From an uncultured Bacteroidales bacterium (GTDB taxonomy: Bacteria > Bacteroidota > Bacteroidia > Bacteroidales > Muribaculaceae), in NCBI GenBank assembly GCA_947173955.1, contig CAMWHE010000004.1:6513-70512 (forward strand): 64,000 nt of DNA, written 5' to 3'. Of the stretch, positions 37,701 through 48,118 are shown one piece after another. The position numbers and the translations under genes are program-made. The notes beneath the pieces are model-generated. The model saw only the letters and a program-made list of their open reading frames with translations, did not search any database and was not told the origin of the DNA. How positions within the stretch are numbered: position 1 is the first letter of the stretch; the number at the start of each line of letters is the position of its first letter.

Positions 37701-40700
37701 GCCCATAACGGAAATTCGGTTGCGCTCATAGTTAGGGTCGCGTCCTGAATAGAGGGTAGTGAATCCGACGTTCGATCCCTCTTCATTTTTAGTGCGGTTG
37801 CGCTCCTTTTTCAGATTGACAAGCGACTGGAGGGTAAGATCCATGAAGTTATTGGCCGGCCAAACGATCTGACGGTCAGAAGGATTGTCCTGATAACGGC
37901 CCGGAGGAGTGAGTTCGAGCGGAATCTCATACTCATAGAAGTTGTTCTTGACATCGGTACCCAGACGTACAAAAAGCGAGAGCTCACCGCTGCGCAGATT
38001 GGTCAGATTGTCAATCAACGCCTCGGCGTGGACATGCATCTGCAGCGAACGGTAGTTGCGCAGGTCAAGCATGGTATTGCGATAGATGCCGCGGCCGTCG
38101 GAAGGTTGCAGATCGCGAACAGTCAGCGACAGCGACTGCTCGTTGAGCTGGACGATCTGAGACTGACCGGGATCGGTTATACGTGTGACACCTGGAGGTA
38201 GTACATAGTTGACCGGTTCACGCTGAGCGTTTTCTTCAATATTGACTACGGTAATATCGAGTTTGCCCTCCGCGGGGGAATCACCACGCTTGTTGAGATT
38301 GAAGTCGTAGGTACGCCACTCTCCGCGCACAAGTTCAAGCGTAGCGAATCGGAGATGGGTTACCTCCTTGAAGCCGGTCATGAAAATACGGGCAAAACGT
38401 ATCGTGGAGAAATCGGAAATAGATCCGACAACTTTCTCATAATCAGCCAACGGAATCTTGAACTGATACCATTCGACCTCGCCTTTCGTACCGTCAGGGA
38501 GCGGAACGATGGAGACCTGCTTATCCGTTATATAGTTCTGCCCTACTACAAAGTCCTCGGGACGGATGGAGACATGATATTGGAAATAACGCTCATACTC
38601 ATTGAGAGTATTGTCCTGATTGATATCTTCGACATCGGGGGTGCTTCGCGAAGACTGATATAGAGGATCGGGAGCCTCATCGGGCGACAGAGAGTTACCC
38701 TCGACACCATTATATCGTTTGTACCTCTCCAGAATGGAAAGTCGTTCTTCATCGTAGTCGTACCCACGGAAAAAGTGATAATTATCACCGGCGGGGTCAT
38801 TGAAAGGAGAGAATTTGTCTTCCTGCATACGTGCTATGGTCGTAGCAGGGAGGCGACGTGAAAGCGCCGACAGATAGTTCTGATAGGTGTTGAATGTATA
38901 TTCGTCGTCATTTTTCAATCCGTCAAGACCCACGTCCTGGATGGGGCGCGACGTATTGTTGTTATCGAACGAATAGGTCAGCGATGCCTGACGGGAAACA
39001 CGACCCCAGACGGTAGAATCCATAAATTGAAAATTACCGTCGAGAGGTATGCCGTTCTCATAACTTTTCAGACCATCCTTGAGGATATCTTCCGATATTT
39101 CGCCAAAATTGAAATAAAGGTCGCCGCCTTCATAGTTTGGATTCTCGGGATCAAGGAACGGGTTCATCAGCCAGAACTGGATATATTCGATGTTTGACTG
39201 TTCGAAGTTGGTATTATCCATCTTACGCATGATCCCCCCCCAGCGGGATTCGGGCCGGGTCAGGTTGCCGTCGTCGTCGATATCCGTATCATCAAGGTTG
39301 TAAGGACCTCGCTCGGTAGGATAGAATGAAAGATTGAGGGTCTGCAGAGTCGATGATTCGCCATAATTGAGCTGGCGTCCGGGAAAAATCTCGCGATAGG
39401 TGACTTCACGGACGTAAGGATTGGATAACTGCTTGAGGTCGCTACGGATGTAGCCGGGACAAAGAGACGAGTTGCGCTGAGTGAACATCCGGTCGATGTA
39501 GTACCAGTTGAGCAGAGCTCGATTCTTGCCATAGGCGGTATTATTGGAAAGAGAGGCTTCAGGGAAGAGCGCATCGGGCGAGGGGTCGTATGGAGTCGAC
39601 GCAAGCACCCAGGCATATGGGGAACGCAAATCAACACCGATCTGGGATGACTCGAAATCGTCAATGTAAGCAGATCCCTGATTAGAGCCTGACTTCTGGC
39701 TGTGAGGCATAAGTCGAGCCACTTCGGCCGTAAGGCTCAGCTTGGACGGCTGGGTGGCATTGATAGTGGGAACCTTGTTGAGCAGATTGGTCAGCCAATA
39801 AAACTCTGTATTGTAACTGAGGTTGAGTCCCATCATCGTGTTGTTGACCACTTCATCACCGATGTTGACCTTTTCGATCAGAGCTTTTTCAGAAAAATGG
39901 AGGATGGTAGCTCCGATGTTGAAGTTCTTATTAAATGCATATTGCAGATCAAGGCCGAGAAGCGACTTACGCTGGAGGGAGAAGAGCGACTGATTCTCAA
40001 GGGTTACGCTGATATTCTGTCCTGAGTCGATAATGGACTGGTTGGTAATGGTCACTATACCCATCGCATAGTCGACGGTATAGTCGCTATTCTCGGTAAG
40101 TGTCACTCCACCGGCAGTCACCACGACCGATCCGCGAGGTACATTCATGGCATTCAGTCGGATCTGAGAACCGCCGGATGATTGGTATTCACCGACAAGC
40201 GAGAATTTGTTCTTATCCGCAAACTGCCGGGCAACCACCTGAGTCGAATCATAAAGCTCCTTGTAGACATATCGCTCCGCAAGGGCCGGATTATTGATTT
40301 TTGACTCAAGATGAGAGCCGAACGGCTCTGCTACAGGAAAGATAATCTTACCGCTCTGGGAAAGGACGGTGTATCCCTCGATAAAGTCAAAGAATCCGTC
40401 CGGATTGCTCTGCTCATTGGAGTCTATGCGGTCGAGATTCATGACCTGAAGCAAGGGCTGATTGCTAAGTCCGGGAACGGGCAAATAGTTGATTTCTATA
40501 CCGGTAGTATCGCTCAGATACTTGATATTCAGCTTAAACTTAGCTTTCTGAACCTGATAAGCACCGAGCGAATAGACATTTTTCATCATCAGACGCCACA
40601 TAGGCAGGCGCGGTGCTACTGTCGTACCCTTAAGCATCTTGACAAAAAGAGACTGGTCGGTTGTCGGAATGTCGCTGGAAAATTCGCCGACCTGATAGAC

Positions 40701-42185
40701 ACGGCCGTTATAGGTGTATTCGAATGCGACGCCGAGCACCTCATCACTTGAAAGAGCGCCTTTCAAGGAGATATAGCCGAGAGTAGAGTTGAGTGTATAT
40801 TCCGACGACGAGAGCAAACGCGCACTCTCGACTTTCTCGAAGTCACGTCCGCCTTCGATGCCATAAGCGCGCAATGGCTCGAGAGCCTGAGTCACGGTAT
40901 TGATATTACGTGCGCCCGGGAATTGCTCCTTGATGGTCGACAGAAGGTCATTACTCTGGTTGGTTGGGAACGGATAGGCCGAGTTGCCTACCCAATAATC
41001 GCCTGCAATGACCTGGCTTTCGCCGAGATCCTGAAAAGCAACGATATTGCGTGACTGATTGTAGTTATTGCTTTTATTCGTAACCCACACCTCAATGCGG
41101 GTAATCTGGATACCGGAGGATACGAACGGCAGATTTTTGGCAAACCGGTCGTAGTTCTGATAAAAATACTGAGCCAGGAAGAAGTGACGGTTCTGATCAT
41201 AATTGTCAACCGTGATGGAGAATGGAGTCAGCTGTGCCCCACCCTTCGTATTGACCGTCTTTGACTCGGAGTTTTGCTGTGAGACGAGAGCGGTGGCCGT
41301 CAGCTTGCCGAACTGAAGCTGAGTCTTGACACCGAAAAGAGCCGTAGAACCGCGTATAAGCGACGACCCTGTAGTCATGGAGACATTACCGGCCTCGATC
41401 AGTTTGACGATGTCGTCTTCCTTACCCTCATAAGCCAGCTTAAGGTTTTTAGAGTCGAAATCGAAAGTGGCATCAGTATTGTAGGTCATGTTGAATTTCA
41501 TGCGGTCACCGACTGACGCGCTGATCGTAGCCTGAATTTTCTGTTCGAAATCGAAATATGTCTTGCGGCGTGCTGTAAGCGAAAGCGACGGATTATCAGT
41601 CTTATTACTCTTGATACCCATCTTGAGCTGAACGGATCCCTGAGTCGTCAGCTGCACACCTCCTGGGCCGAAAATCTTCTCAAGCGGCCCGATGGCAAAG
41701 TGCATATCAAGCGGATTGAAAGGATTTTTCTCATTACCGAGAAATGCCTCTGAATTGCGTTTCTGATAATATTGCTGCATCGACTGCTTGAGCTGCATAT
41801 TATTATACTGCTTCTCAGAAAGCATGAAGGGTGTGGCGATGTCAAAATTACCGACTTTAGTACGGATGACATACATTCCTGTCTCGGGATCAAATTCAGT
41901 TACCGTCTTGATATTGGATGGAGTAGCCAGATCGGCGGCAAACTGGTCAGACATAAGCTGCTCATAGGACTGCGGAACAGTCTGCTGAACCGGGAACGGC
42001 ATCATTACAGAATCGACAAAAGCCGGGGAGGGTGCAAATGCGGGATTATAGGGAGGAGCCATCGTCGCCGTCGATGACGAGGCCGGCTGCTGAGCCGAAG
42101 CCGATAAAGCGACAGCCGTCATAGCCACTATTGCGACTATACGACAGAGTGATGTGATATGTCTGGATAACTGACCGGCTTTCAT
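34740..42185 (-). CDS. sprA: T9SS translocon / cell surface protein SprA
   Basis: 2481-aa outer-membrane protein with a signal peptide and the size and sequence character of SprA (Sov). It sits next to ruvA, as in many Bacteroidota. Confidence 0.9.
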   Translation of the reverse strand: MKAGQLSRHITSLCRIVAIVAMTAVALSASAQQPASSSTATMAPPYNPAFAPSPAFVDSVMMPFPVQQTVPQSYEQLMSDQFAADLATPSNIKTVTEFDPETGMYVIRTKVGNFDIATPFMLSEKQYNNMQLKQSMQQYYQKRNSEAFLGNEKNPFNPLDMHFAIGPLEKIFGPGGVQLTTQGSVQLKMGIKSNKTDNPSLSLTARRKTYFDFEQKIQATISASVGDRMKFNMTYNTDATFDFDSKNLKLAYEGKEDDIVKLIEAGNVSMTTGSSLIRGSTALFGVKTQLQFGKLTATALVSQQNSESKTVNTKGGAQLTPFSITVDNYDQNRHFFLAQYFYQNYDRFAKNLPFVSSGIQITRIEVWVTNKSNNYNQSRNIVAFQDLGESQVIAGDYWVGNSAYPFPTNQSNDLLSTIKEQFPGARNINTVTQALEPLRAYGIEGGRDFEKVESARLLSSSEYTLNSTLGYISLKGALSSDEVLGVAFEYTYNGRVYQVGEFSSDIPTTDQSLFVKMLKGTTVAPRLPMWRLMMKNVYSLGAYQVQKAKFKLNIKYLSDTTGIEINYLPVPGLSNQPLLQVMNLDRIDSNEQSNPDGFFDFIEGYTVLSQSGKIIFPVAEPFGSHLESKINNPALAERYVYKELYDSTQVVARQFADKNKFSLVGEYQSSGGSQIRLNAMNVPRGSVVVTAGGVTLTENSDYTVDYAMGIVTITNQSIIDSGQNISVTLENQSLFSLQRKSLLGLDLQYAFNKNFNIGATILHFSEKALIEKVNIGDEVVNNTMMGLNLSYNTEFYWLTNLLNKVPTINATQPSKLSLTAEVARLMPHSQKSGSNQGSAYIDDFESSQIGVDLRSPYAWVLASTPYDPSPDALFPEASLSNNTAYGKNRALLNWYYIDRMFTQRNSSLCPGYIRSDLKQLSNPYVREVTYREIFPGRQLNYGESSTLQTLNLSFYPTERGPYNLDDTDIDDDGNLTRPESRWGGIMRKMDNTNFEQSNIEYIQFWLMNPFLDPENPNYEGGDLYFNFGEISEDILKDGLKSYENGIPLDGNFQFMDSTVWGRVSRQASLTYSFDNNNTSRPIQDVGLDGLKNDDEYTFNTYQNYLSALSRRLPATTIARMQEDKFSPFNDPAGDNYHFFRGYDYDEERLSILERYKRYNGVEGNSLSPDEAPDPLYQSSRSTPDVEDINQDNTLNEYERYFQYHVSIRPEDFVVGQNYITDKQVSIVPLPDGTKGEVEWYQFKIPLADYEKVVGSISDFSTIRFARIFMTGFKEVTHLRFATLELVRGEWRTYDFNLNKRGDSPAEGKLDITVVNIEENAQREPVNYVLPPGVTRITDPGQSQIVQLNEQSLSLTVRDLQPSDGRGIYRNTMLDLRNYRSLQMHVHAEALIDNLTNLRSGELSLFVRLGTDVKNNFYEYEIPLELTPPGRYQDNPSDRQIVWPANNFMDLTLQSLVNLKKERNRTKNEEGSNVGFTTLYSGRDPNYERNRISVMGNPSLSDVRVILIGVRNNASVVKAGTVWINELKVTDFNEEGGWAGKVNANLSMSDIATINFGAHIETAGFGGVDQSLNERRLDDYEQYNVAVSGDVGRLLPESVKLRAPIFYSMSRETTTPRYNPLDQDVLLKDALDVATPAERDSIRAYAVERSSTENFSLSALKFDIKSKRPMPWDPANFTINFSFSRQSKNDPTTEYENTNDYRGSLAYSYAPYIKAFKPFSFIKSKNKNLKFVKDWELRWAPDNISFLTTMSRYYYEQQTRSETDQMFQLPVSVSKNFLWDRQFSLTWNITRSLSVTFNSNTSARIEETAGAVNRKLFPDKYKEWQDTVWSSILSMGTPWAYNQSFVANYKAPFNRIPVLDFLTANASYNATYRWDRGATIDDISMGNTIASQSTLSADGRLNFESLYNKLPYVKDVHKRFSATRAKTTAKKPKRFERTFKLKSDTTLLIKHNLRVPKVSVTAATTDGAPFPVKFKIVDANSIEVLDRGDQNLKFTIVEVQKVDKPVFKEILAYTTRLIISPRTASVRWKRSRGLTLPLFRNDIGNIFGQSNSYGPMSPGLDFAFGFADESYVTRAKERGWLITNDGQTSPALISSTDELNVELNLEPIKGLKIQLTMNRTDNRSKQMQFMYADMPVSLTGSYTRTHCAIGTALSSSKAADGYASAAFDAFLRNIPVIAQRVENSYQGLNYPDAGFLSDTPWAGLPFDPAVGTSSATSSDVLIPAFLAAYSGSDPSKVTLDLFPSFKSVLPNWRITYDALQILPSAKSYFKSFSLNHAYQCTYSVGNYSSFLNWISADGNRGFTLDELTGRPVPSSPYNITTVAITERFAPLIGASVTMKNEVTFNAEYRDQRTLTLNPGAGQIVEATTKGLTIGAGYKIVGFNTILKMKGSGTSVSNDLTLNLDLNFNSTQALIRRIETAYTQPTSGTETFGINFSAKYVLSRRLTLAAYFDHQVNTPLVTTSSYPTTNTSYGLSLNLNLAR

Positions 42186-42308
42186 CGACTAAGAGCCTGA
42201 TTGATCCTGTAAGGCCGATACACGGGGAGGCTCACACGAAGCCACCCCTGACAGGTCCGTCTTCCGGGATGCTGTTTCAGGGTTCTGTTCTATTTGTTAC
42301 AGCCGACA

Positions 42309-42893
42309 TCACATCATCGTCAAAGCCTTCTTGATAGCGCCTTCTACTGTCAGCGAACTGTCAGCATCAAACAGTTTCTTAAGAGCCTTCTGCGACTGAG
42401 GCCTCGGGAAACCGAGCATGACGAGTGCTGCAAGTGCTTCATCAAAGGTGTCGGATGAAATCTGCGGCTGAATAATTAACGTATCATCAAGCGGTTTTAT
42501 TTTATCCTTGAGGTCTACAATTATGCGCTGAGCCGTTTTTACACCGACACCCTTGACTGCTTTGAGGGGAGCTACATCACCATTCGAGATTACTACCTCC
42601 AATTCCGGAGCCGGGACTGACGAAAGTATCATGCGCGCAGTATTGGCGCCAACACCCGACACTCCGATCAGAGCCCGGAATATCGCACGCTCCTGCTCGG
42701 TCGTAAAGCCGAACAGAATCCAGGCGTCTTCCCTGATAACTTCATGAACGAGCAACTTGGTCTGCTCTACGCCCTCGAGAGCCGAATATGTGGAAAGAGT
42801 GATATTCAGAAGATATCCCAGACCGCCCTGTGTCTCAACAGTCACCGTGGCGGGGGTCAGTTCGGTCACATTACCGCGTATATATTCTATCAT
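42309..42893 (-). CDS. ruvA: Holliday junction branch migration protein RuvA
   Basis: Starts MIEYIRG and contains the HhH motifs GVSGVGANTA and VKGVGVKTAQRI. Confidence 0.93.
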   Translation of the reverse strand: MIEYIRGNVTELTPATVTVETQGGLGYLLNITLSTYSALEGVEQTKLLVHEVIREDAWILFGFTTEQERAIFRALIGVSGVGANTARMILSSVPAPELEVVISNGDVAPLKAVKGVGVKTAQRIIVDLKDKIKPLDDTLIIQPQISSDTFDEALAALVMLGFPRPQSQKALKKLFDADSSLTVEGAIKKALTMM

Positions 42894-43093
42894 TTTTCTG
42901 CTGTTTGATTTACGATTTCAAAATTACTAAATAATTGTGAATTCTAATGTTCGCGCGCGCAAGAGAAATGCAAAAATATGTAATATATTTATAGCTAACA
43001 GGTTAAAATATGTTGCAATTTAAAACCATTTCAAGGATGATTTGTCTAAGACTATGAAAACTGAAAATAATAACCGCTTAAAAATTTACATCT

Positions 43094-43597
43094 ATGAAAA
43101 TGAACAAGAAAGTTTTAGCACTCGCACTCGCTGCATTCGTAGCCGCCGGCTCCGCAACCATCAGCGCAGCCAACGATAACGACACCCGTAAACCCTGTAC
43201 CGAACAGTCAAAATGCGCTAAAGGAGATAAGAAATCCGACAAAAAAGGCGAAAAGGGTATGCGCGGACGCAAGGATCACAAAGGACATGCAAATATCTTT
43301 CAGGGAGTAGAGCTTACTGCCGAACAGCAATCGGCAATCAAAGATCTCCGCGAAAAGCAGATGGCAGCCGAAAAAGCCGCACGCCAACAGAATCGCGAAA
43401 CATTCATGACCGAACTTAAGGGCATCCTTACTCCCGAACAGTATCAGCAGGTCGAGCAGAATGCGGCCAAGATGAAGGAAGCACGCGCGGAACGTCAGGA
43501 CAAGGATGGCAAAGCCGTTAAAGGTCAGCACGGTGAAAGACGTCACCATCAGAAAGATGGCAAACAGATGAACCAACAGCGCGCTCCCCGCTCATAA
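43094..43597 (+). CDS. Spy/CpxP-like periplasmic protein (LTXXQ motifs)
   Basis: Has a signal peptide, two LTxxQ motifs (LTAEQQ and LTPEQY), and a highly charged K/R/E/Q-rich helical sequence. Confidence 0.65.
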   Translation: MKMNKKVLALALAAFVAAGSATISAANDNDTRKPCTEQSKCAKGDKKSDKKGEKGMRGRKDHKGHANIFQGVELTAEQQSAIKDLREKQMAAEKAARQQNRETFMTELKGILTPEQYQQVEQNAAKMKEARAERQDKDGKAVKGQHGERRHHQKDGKQMNQQRAPRS

Positions 43598-43628
43598 AAA
43601 CTAAGAAAAAACACACAAGCAAAAGAAG

Positions 43629-43661
43629 TAGCAGGCACACTGATGCCTGCTGCTCTTTTTT
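43629..43661. terminator. Bidirectional terminator between the Spy-like gene and the TolC gene
   Basis: Stem GCAGGCA / TGCCTGC, followed by CTCTTTTTT on the + strand and CTTCTTTT on the - strand. Confidence 0.65.
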
Positions 43662-43664
43662 ATA

Positions 43665-44993
43665 CTACCTGTCAATATCCGACTGCTCGGTAAGTGTACC
43701 GGTAGCACGGCGGTATTCGGTCACATATATGCGATATTGAGCCCTCGCCTCGATATAATTGCTGTATGACTGCTGCCATTGCGCCTCGGCATCCAGCACA
43801 TCGGTAATAGTGACTTTGCTGACACTGAAACGCTCGCGAACGGCCTCCAGATTAGCTTCAGCCTGACGTAGCGCAAGCGCGGCCGTCTCGATCATAGCAT
43901 ATCCGCTTGAAAGATTGCTGATAGCCTGCCGGATCTCAAGGTCGAGCAACCGTGTATTCTTTTCCATTTCCAGACGTGCATTGGTCGCTTCGATACGTGC
44001 CTTCTTTACTTTTTTTATTCCCTCGCCCCAGTGAAACAGCGGAATCTTGACTCCCACCATGGCAGTAAGGCCGTTATTAAAGATATTCTCATTCAGATAG
44101 ACACTGTTGCCTTCCGATACCGGAAGATTTCCTTTAAGACGGATATTGCCGTAATGGGAATATCCTAAAGAAAGTCCGATGGAGGGCAGAAATTCGCCTT
44201 TTGCGAGATCAATTTTGTGATGACTGGCTTCAACGTTAAGGCTCATCAGTTTGTACTCCGGACGCTCTGCGACTGAATAGTCGAATGAGTCAAGCCTGTC
44301 AACATCAATGACGGTATCCGTCGGGATAATGTCAGTGTCATAAGCCACACCGATAATACGACATAGCGCCATACGGCAAAGGTCAGCGCCATTATGACAT
44401 TTCTGCAACTGGTATTCTATCTCACTTCTCTTGGCCTCGACACGCAGCATGTCGGATTTTGTCAGAAATCCTTTAAGTCGTCGCAGATCCATTACTTCAT
44501 AAAGATTGTTCATCTGAGCCATGTATGACTCAACCATTTTAACTTTCTGAAGAACGGCGACATATGTCCAATATGCATTGTCTGCATCCGCGATTGTCTG
44601 CATCCGCGTCATACGGTATTGTTCCTCTGAGGCTTTTGCGCCTATCTTAGCCAGTTTGTTGGCGGCAGAAATGCGTCCGCCGGCATATATGGGCTGAGTG
44701 AGATTAAGACCTGCAAGGTAAGTGCCTTTTGTAATCAGTTTCACATCGCCGACCTGATAGTCGAAAGGATTGTAGATAGCAGTAGCGTTTCCGTCAAGTT
44801 TGGGCAAATAAGCGGTCTTGGCTATTGCAACGTCAAGCTTCGACGTCTCAATGGTATTCTCGGCACGCTTTATATCCTCGCTTGACTCGACAGCCATTAT
44901 CCGGCATTCGTAGCCGGACAGCTGCAGTGGAGCATTGGCACGGACCGTCAGCACCGCGACAGAAAGAACGAGTGCAGAAATATAATGTTTCAT
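43665..44993 (-). CDS. TolC-family outer membrane efflux protein
   Basis: 442 aa with two OEP repeats. It is the last gene of the adaptor-permease-OMP operon. Confidence 0.85.
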   Translation of the reverse strand: MKHYISALVLSVAVLTVRANAPLQLSGYECRIMAVESSEDIKRAENTIETSKLDVAIAKTAYLPKLDGNATAIYNPFDYQVGDVKLITKGTYLAGLNLTQPIYAGGRISAANKLAKIGAKASEEQYRMTRMQTIADADNAYWTYVAVLQKVKMVESYMAQMNNLYEVMDLRRLKGFLTKSDMLRVEAKRSEIEYQLQKCHNGADLCRMALCRIIGVAYDTDIIPTDTVIDVDRLDSFDYSVAERPEYKLMSLNVEASHHKIDLAKGEFLPSIGLSLGYSHYGNIRLKGNLPVSEGNSVYLNENIFNNGLTAMVGVKIPLFHWGEGIKKVKKARIEATNARLEMEKNTRLLDLEIRQAISNLSSGYAMIETAALALRQAEANLEAVRERFSVSKVTITDVLDAEAQWQQSYSNYIEARAQYRIYVTEYRRATGTLTEQSDIDR

Positions 44994-47900
44994 TGCTTTA
45001 CGCGGAAAAAGATTGAATAAAAGAGCGGCAGAAGCATCAGGGTCACTATCGTACCGACTGCCAGACCGCCGATGATCGTCACGGCAAGCGAGCCATACAT
45101 CGGATCGCCCATTAGCGGTATCATACCGACAATAGTCGTTATCGAGGCAAGAAGCACGGGACGTACGCGGGATACCGTAGCATTAATAAGAGCCTGATAT
45201 TCAGGCTGACCATCTTCGTTGCGCAGACGGTTTATCTCGTCCACAAGCACTATTGAGTTCTTGACCATCATGCCTATCAGCCCCATGAATCCCAAAATAG
45301 CCATGAAGGTAAACGGGGTATCTGTAATTAGCAGCATCGGAGCGATACCACATATCACAAACGGGAAACAAATCAGGATGAGTATGACTTTGCGCCAGTT
45401 ATTGAACAGCAGCAGAAGGACAAGCAGGATCAGAATCATTGTCATCGGCATCATCTCGGCGAGCATTTGCTTGCTCTCTCCTGACATTTCGCCCTCGCCT
45501 ACCCAGCGAAAAGTATATCCGGCAGGAAGGTGGATGCTCTCGATAGCCTCGCGGATATCCGCTTCGACGCTTGCCGGAGTGGCATACTTGTTTTCCGGGT
45601 CGGGATCACACTCGGCTTCGATGACACGCCGGCTGTTCAGGCGCAGTATCTTTCCTTCCGACCAACCGACACTGACACTGTCGACGACATTCCCGACAGT
45701 AGTTGTCCTGAACATATTGCGTGTAAGCTGCTCATTATCGACAGCTCCCGTCAGGAGCGACCTGGCATCCACATCGACCGAATTAATGTTAAGCATACTC
45801 CAGACCGGAATGGATGCGATATTGTCTATATGGCTTCCATCGGTATTACGCATCCTTAGATTGATGGGTAGTATCTTTTCCTGCTCATATATCACGCCTA
45901 CAGGATAGCCTTCTCCGGCCGCCTTGACTGCATTCCCGATATCGCCGCGGCTGACTCCCGCACGGCGCGCATCTTCCTGCGAGAATTCAAAGACCAACTC
46001 CTTATGCACCGGGTTCCAGTTGTTCTGGACTGAATACGGGTCGACAAGCGGTGAGGATACCATAATGCTTTCTGCCTGAGCCGCCAGCCGACGTAAAACA
46101 GCAGGATCGGGACCACCGAACTCCACCTCGACCATGTGTGATGTAGAAATCGAGAAATTGTATTTGCGGATGCGGATATAAGCGTCAGGATATGTCTCGC
46201 GCAGCTGCTTGCGTATCTGCGGAATAACTTCGACGACCCGCTCATAGTCCTCGCAGTCGATGATCAGCTCACCATAGCGGTCGCCGCCAGATGTCATCGG
46301 GCGAACGAAGCAATACCGAGCCGGAGCACCTCCCATGCTGGCAGCCACACGCTCGATCAACGGATTCTGCGCTGCCAGCTCGCCCATTTCTATCAGTTGC
46401 TCACGCACGCTCTCGGGATTCGACTGGGGCGAGAAAAAGCATTCCACGACAAACTGTTTGTAGTCAAAATCCGGGAAGAAGATCTGACGGACTTTCGTCA
46501 TACTCCAGCAGCACAAAGCGAAGACTGCAACAGCCACAGGAAGGGCTATCTTCTTGTAGCGAACAAGCCGTTCAATGACACCGCGAATCGTTCTGTGGAC
46601 GCTGCTTTCCCGGCCTGAAGCCACTTTATCGGGTCTGACTGCGGGAAGCCATGCCCGCGCGCAAACAGGCACTTGAACCAGAGCCAGCAACCAGCTGACA
46701 AGAAGACTGACACAGATAACGAGGAACAGATCGCCGGCAAATTCGCCTACCGATCCGGGGGTAAGATATATGGGAAGAAATGTCGCAGCAGCTATCATTG
46801 TCGCACCGAGAAGCGGCAGAGCCGTGTTCCGTCCTATCCGATACAGATATTCCTCTTCTCTCAATCCCCGATTTTTATCGACCAGGATTCCGTCCATGAT
46901 TACTACGGCATTGTCGACCAACATGCCCATGGCGACGATAAAGGCTCCCAAAGAGATTCGCTGTAATGTCGTTCCGCAGACCGAAAGGATGGGGAACGAT
47001 AGCGCGACTGTCAGTACAAGGCCGAATCCGATAATCAGGCCGCTGCGCCACCCCATCGAGAATACTAATACAATGACGACGATAAGAACCGATTCAAGTA
47101 AATTAATCATGAATGACGACATCGCATCGCTGACCTTATCGGGCTGGAAAAAAATCTTTTCTGTAGTAATGCCGACAGGCATACCTGCCATTACCTCCGC
47201 CACCTTTGCATCGACAGCCTTGCCTACATCCGGGACTATGGCGTCATTTTCAAGTGTGATACAAATAGCCAGAGCTGGCTCAGAATTGACAAAGAATCCA
47301 CCCGACTGTGGTGTCGAGTATGCTCGCTCGATATCGGCAAGGTCACCGAGGCGTACTTTTTTGCCCTCGGGAGTCGCAATCAGAAGATTGCGTATATCAT
47401 CCACAGTCTTGACACCTTCTGTTACACGGACAGACAGCCTGTCGTCTCCTTCATTTACGAGTCCGCCATCGACCACCTGTGTAGCGCCCTGAAGTGCCAA
47501 CATGATCTGTACAGGCAAAAGGCCATTGCGCTGAAGCTGATCGGGAGTGAATGTAATATTTATGACCTCGCCGCGCGTGCCTGCGATATTTACGCGTTTT
47601 ACCCCATTGACAGTCAGAAGCTCACGGCGCAGCAGGCGGGCATACTTGTCGAGCTCAGCATATGTGTAGCCATCACCCATGAATGCGTAAAAAAGGCCGT
47701 AGACATCCATCATGTCGTCGACGACTATCGGAGACATACACCCCTGCGGCAACTTCATAGCCGCCGTACTTACTTTGCGTCGCACAAGATCATACTGCTG
47801 CTCGACTTCATCTTTAGGCAACTCTTTCACAAACTTGATAGTGAATGTAGCCCGTCCGGCGATGCACTCGGTATTGATATCATCGACATTGGGAAGTGTC

Positions 47901-48118
47901 TGCAGTTCGGCTTCCATTACCTGAGCCACATCCAGCTCTAAGGTATAAGCGTCGGCACCCGGATAGACCACAACTACCATCGCCTGCTTGATAGGCACGG
48001 CAGGATCTTCAAGCTTGGGCATTTTCAGATAAGAAAGCGTACCTATAAGGAGGATACCTACCATGAGCGACCAGAACAGCGTCGGCCGCTTCATAAAGAA
48101 TTTGGTAATAGGAGTCAT
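44990..48118 (-). CDS. RND efflux transporter permease (AcrB/HAE1-like)
   Basis: 1042 aa with 12-TM RND architecture and two large periplasmic loops. Confidence 0.9.
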   Translation of the reverse strand: MTPITKFFMKRPTLFWSLMVGILLIGTLSYLKMPKLEDPAVPIKQAMVVVVYPGADAYTLELDVAQVMEAELQTLPNVDDINTECIAGRATFTIKFVKELPKDEVEQQYDLVRRKVSTAAMKLPQGCMSPIVVDDMMDVYGLFYAFMGDGYTYAELDKYARLLRRELLTVNGVKRVNIAGTRGEVINITFTPDQLQRNGLLPVQIMLALQGATQVVDGGLVNEGDDRLSVRVTEGVKTVDDIRNLLIATPEGKKVRLGDLADIERAYSTPQSGGFFVNSEPALAICITLENDAIVPDVGKAVDAKVAEVMAGMPVGITTEKIFFQPDKVSDAMSSFMINLLESVLIVVIVLVFSMGWRSGLIIGFGLVLTVALSFPILSVCGTTLQRISLGAFIVAMGMLVDNAVVIMDGILVDKNRGLREEEYLYRIGRNTALPLLGATMIAAATFLPIYLTPGSVGEFAGDLFLVICVSLLVSWLLALVQVPVCARAWLPAVRPDKVASGRESSVHRTIRGVIERLVRYKKIALPVAVAVFALCCWSMTKVRQIFFPDFDYKQFVVECFFSPQSNPESVREQLIEMGELAAQNPLIERVAASMGGAPARYCFVRPMTSGGDRYGELIIDCEDYERVVEVIPQIRKQLRETYPDAYIRIRKYNFSISTSHMVEVEFGGPDPAVLRRLAAQAESIMVSSPLVDPYSVQNNWNPVHKELVFEFSQEDARRAGVSRGDIGNAVKAAGEGYPVGVIYEQEKILPINLRMRNTDGSHIDNIASIPVWSMLNINSVDVDARSLLTGAVDNEQLTRNMFRTTTVGNVVDSVSVGWSEGKILRLNSRRVIEAECDPDPENKYATPASVEADIREAIESIHLPAGYTFRWVGEGEMSGESKQMLAEMMPMTMILILLVLLLLFNNWRKVILILICFPFVICGIAPMLLITDTPFTFMAILGFMGLIGMMVKNSIVLVDEINRLRNEDGQPEYQALINATVSRVRPVLLASITTIVGMIPLMGDPMYGSLAVTIIGGLAVGTIVTLMLLPLFYSIFFRVKQ

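Noticed and set aside
45219-47492. Several 95-240-aa plus-strand ORFs inside the RND permease region
   Set aside because: All are antisense to a 1042-aa AcrB-like gene with canonical architecture. Their translations are S/R/T-rich nonsense.
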